A stretch of 64,000 nt of DNA, taken from Lama glama. Lineage: Eukaryota. Every line of letters begins with the position of its first letter. Positions within the stretch are counted from its first letter, which is position 1. The stretch lies in the NCBI GenBank assembly GCA_028534125.1, contig CM052816.1, forward strand, positions 16,742,001 to 16,806,000. Direction: 5' to 3'. Both the position numbers and the translations under genes were made by a program. The notes below the pieces were generated by a model. It did no database searches. It worked only from the letters and a program-made list of their open reading frames with translations, and was not told the DNA's origin. This document shows positions 59,781 to 64,000 of the stretch, one piece after another.

Positions 59781-62700
59781 GTTCTTAGGGGCAGTGGAGC
59801 TGCAAAGATCTGGATTTGCATCCCAACATCCCCATTAGTTAGCTGTGTAGCAGGGAGCAAGTTACTTTAGCCTCTTTGAGCCTCACTTCCTTTGCCTATT
59901 AATAGGGACAGTAAGTACCTCAAAGGATTGTGCTAGGATTAAATGAAGTAAAAACATAAAACTCCTAGCAGAACTTGGACTCCAGATAAACATACATTCC
60001 TTAAGCAAATTCATACTACTGGTCAGAATATAAACTGGTTTGATTTAAAAAAGAAAAAAAAATCTGCCATGTATCAAGATCTTAAGTACATGTATACATA
60101 TTTTAAGAATCTTAAATTAAGAATGTTTCCATAATACCACTCCTGGCAATGAACCCTAGGAAATCACCCTAAACACTGGAAAGTCTTAGTCACAAAAATG
60201 TTCATCACAGCATTATTGATAAAGCCTAAAATCTGAAACAGTTTCAATATCCAGTGAAAGGGGAACAGTTAAATAAATTATCCAGTCAATAAAAATTATA
60301 AGATTTTCTTAGAGAGCATTTATTGTTTTCCTTTCAGTTATAAAAGCAATACATGTTACCTGTGGAAATACAGAAAAGCACAAAGGAAATTAAAATCACC
60401 TATAATACAAAAGTTTTTGGTAATACAAGAAAATAATTGCCACATTAAGTTGAAAAATACAGCTGAATTGAACATTGAAAATACAGTATGAATTCAACTT
60501 TTAACAATTCTAAAAAAAGATCAGAATATATATCAAAACATTGACAGCAGTTTCTAATGAGTTGTGACACTTCAGGGGCTATTTTTTTAACTTATTTTTA
60601 TTAAAATAATTTCTTCAGTTTATATAACAGGTACGTATTGAGAATTATAAAAAAAAAAAACAAACCTCATGCTTCTAAATCTAACAACCCAGATATAAAT
60701 CGGAAGGACCAATGGGAAATGTATCTTGGATCGGGGTCCCAAATATAATTCCAATAATGTAAAGACAAAAGATTAGTAGTGAGTCAATATCAATAAAAAT
60801 ACATGAAATAAAAAAGCTTAAAGATCAAGTATAAATACTTATAACACGGGGCCACAGAGTTAAAAATCCATTATAAATCAGAAGGGAAAGTTAATCAAAT
60901 ACTGGCTTCTAAATATTGTACTTGTTAAGATAGGGTGGGCAGAGGCCTTTTAAAACAATAGAAAAATTCATATGTTCTCTGTTCATGAACTTTCATTCTA
61001 GCAGAGGAGATAAGCTACCTATCTTGTTATGTATCTATACCAAGAAAAACTGTGATAATATTGCAAAAGAGGTATCCACAAAGTGATAAAGGAGCAAAGA
61101 AAAAAAACACACTGGGGATTTAGAAAGGCTTTATAGAGGTGATAGAACCTAGAATGTACAGGTTTCCCTCCCCGCCGTTTATAGGATTTTGATGGATGAC
61201 AAAATCAAAAGCAAAGAGTAAAGGGGGAACAAAGCAATGGAAACCAGAAAGTACTAGGACAGTGGAGGATCACCAAATCGGACTGCTTGCTGCAAATATC
61301 CTTTTGGCAACACTCTATTTTCCTTGTCTGATTCTTTGCATGCTAAGGCTCCTTCTTATCTGTAATTTGGCCTCTTGAGTAGACCAGGAGGGGGCTCTCT
61401 GCAGATCTCTGGTTAGGTTTATTTCCCATTGTAAAATAACCTTTCATGTGGATTTATAAATCAGTCTCCAGAGTTTGGTTAGTGATAATCAGTCCCCTAG
61501 GGCCTGATTACCCCTGAAGACACACACAAAAAACCTGGAGCTCCTGCCCTTGCAAAACTGAGAGAAGTCACTGTATGAGTCACTACTGAACAATCAGGCG
61601 GGTATTACCCATTTACAGAACTAGGGTAAAAGACACTTTGGCAGTAGGGGTAGTGAGGTGGGGAGGGCTTAAAAACCACCCACCTGTCAAAGGCAGTGGA
61701 AAACTGAGAAGCCGCAACAGGTGTTATGTTCCCCAGGCCTCGTGGAAGCAAAGCCTACAGAAACCCACTCCAGCTGTTGTGGAGAAAATCACTAAGAGAA
61801 AGCACCATGTTACTTACCCACCATTTAGGCGGGTGGAGGGGAAACTAAATCCAAACCTGAATAAAGTGGAGAATAGAACCAGGCAAGTGAGTATTCAAGG
61901 AGGGAATGAACCCTTGTCAGGTGGAGAGTAAATAAAGCAACTCTTAGAAGAAAACGCAAAATTAACAGAAAAGATCTGATTGTGCAGTAAAGGGAGAGGA
62001 TGCTGGACAAAACAACCAGTGTATAGTGATCACTGGTGGACATATTACACATCCTTGAAATAAAGAGAATTCAAAGAAAATAAGATAGAGGCGTTTAAAA
62101 TTATGCACACACATAAGACAAACTTATATAAAGCACCTGAGTGCCTGAAAAACTCAACAGTGGCTCAATGTTTCAAAAACAGACCTCCTGTTCTAAGAGG
62201 AGAGTTAGGATGAAGAGGCGCTTAGAGGGCCTCACACATAAACATTATGTATTCTTTTGTACCACCTTATTCTTATTTAAAGTTCTCTAAACTGTACACT
62301 GATCCACAATAACACATTCTACTTACTTTGATAAACAGAGCATATGATATCACAGTATTATTCAGATTTTTATTTAATTTTTGGAATTATAGGAAAAAAA
62401 GTAAGGATAATCATTAAAAGCCATTAACTCCCACTTCAATTAGGGCTGAAGTTCTATGTCTGAATACAGGTTAAGAATAAATAATGTTGGATTGTACATA
62501 AGAAACATGGTACCATCCTGGACCTGACTATTATTATTACATTATCTAGAAACAAAGTAGAGAGGTATTTTAAAGCTAACCTGAGACAAAAAGAAAAGGT
62601 TGGAGGAGGACTTTTTTAAAAAAAAAAAAGGCAGATATGCTTTCACTCTTCTGGGAAATTTATCATATTATTCCAAATCAAAGGAAAGAAGTATTTTAGA

Positions 62701-62839
62701 TATATTTAGCCCACCTTTCCCCCAAATAAGGATTAAGATTAAGGGATTTAAAAAAAAACACACAAAAACAAGGCAGATATGTTTTCACTCCTCTTGCAAG
62801 TTCTTAACAGCTGAGATTGCTAAGGTACACATTTAAAAT

Positions 62840-64000
62840 AAATCAGTGATACTAAAAGCATCATTTAATTCTACCATACAGCAAGAATGGCTTATTCAAT
62901 AAAATTAGTGCTGCCACAAATAGTTACTACTCAGTAGGAAAAGTTAGATCCTTCACCACACACAGCATTTATAAAAGTATTCCAGATGGATCAGAGATCT
63001 AAAGTTAAAAAAAAAAATTAGACAGAAAATTTGAAGAATATTTGTATAGGCTCAAGGTCTTTTCCCAAGCAAGTAAACCCAGAACCAATTAAGAATAGTT
63101 TAAGGGATCTGATGATATAAACATTTTGTTTTTCTGTGTAGCAAAGCACCCAAATACAAAGTTAAAAGACAAACAAGAGGGGGAAGGGTATAGCTCAGTT
63201 GTAGAGCACACGCCTAGCATGCACGAGGTCCTGAAGTCAATCCCCAGTACCTCCTCTAAAAATAAGTAAACCTAATTACCCCCCACAAAACTTAAATAAT
63301 ACAGTAACAAATTAAAATATTTTAAAAAGGACAAATTACAGAAAATACACACTTGACAGGTAAAGGGGTTAATATGCCTAACTGCACAGAACTTGTACAG
63401 AGTAAGAGAGCTCCTGCTTTTTTCAAATAGGCAAAAGATTGGCATAAATAACCCATAAAAAAATAAAAGGCCAATAAACAGAAAAAGATTAGTAGTCATG
63501 GAAATGCTAGATAGTATTTTTTACCCATCAGATCGCCAAAAATGACAAAGACTGACGACACCAGTGACAGCAAGGGTAAAGGGAAACAAGCACCACCTGC
63601 ATACACTGCTGGTAGGAGTATGAAATACTATAATCTCATAAGAAAATAACCTGGCATTACCTAATAAAATAATACATACATGTACTTCCTTAACCCAACA
63701 ATCCCGCTCCTAGATGGCTAAACTACAGAAATGAAACCATGATTACAAAGATACAAGTACAAGTATATTAGCTGCAGCATTTGTTGTAAGTGCCAAAAAT
63801 TTTTAAATAACTTGAATGCCCATCATAAGGGGAAACGACTTAATAAATTATGGTACATCCATGCTATGGAATATAATATAGTTACCTAAAAAGATGAGTA
63901 AGATCTTTAGGTATTGATGCCCATGGTCGAATGTTAAACAGAAAACAGAAAAACAGAGCAGGTTGCAGATACTGTGCAGTATGATACTACTTGCTAAAAA
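62840..64000 (+). mobile_element. Old L1M ORF2 3' fragment
   Basis: ttattcaataaa...aagttagatcc...atgcccatcataagggga...taaattatggtacatccatgctatggaata. Confidence 0.7.
63179..63325 (+). mobile_element. Vic-1-type SINE nested in L1
   Basis: ggggaagggtatagctcagttgtagagcacacgcctagcatgcacgaggtcc...taaacctaattacccccc. Confidence 0.85.

Overview
Mammalian genomic DNA, most likely a camelid, judging from six to seven tRNA-derived Vic-1-type SINE copies. Two protein-coding genes lie head-to-tail on the minus strand. KDM3B (JmjC H3K9me1/2 demethylase): coding exons 2-24 at 53630-9260 are all traceable with canonical GT-AG sites, consistent phases and 1693 sense codons plus stop; exon 1 is beyond the right edge and the poly(A) signal is at ~8016. 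REEP2 (ER-shaping TB2/DP1/HVA22 protein): complete 8-exon CDS at 5900-1082, 254 aa, with a CpG-island promoter. The introns are full of L1, L2, MIR, hAT-Charlie and Tigger relics. Beyond the genes, the most notable items are: (1) an 82-bp TTAA-flanked element with CpG-decayed terminal inverted repeats that looks like a piggyBac MITE; (2) decayed coding-like segments behind strong splice acceptors in KDM3B introns 6 and 7 (possible fossil exons); (3) several candidate poison or micro-exons; (4) an inverted, tail-less local copy of a SINE; (5) a TSD-bounded, ORF1-only (HAL1-like) L1 insertion. Gene and repeat-family names come from my recognition of the sequences, not from database searches.
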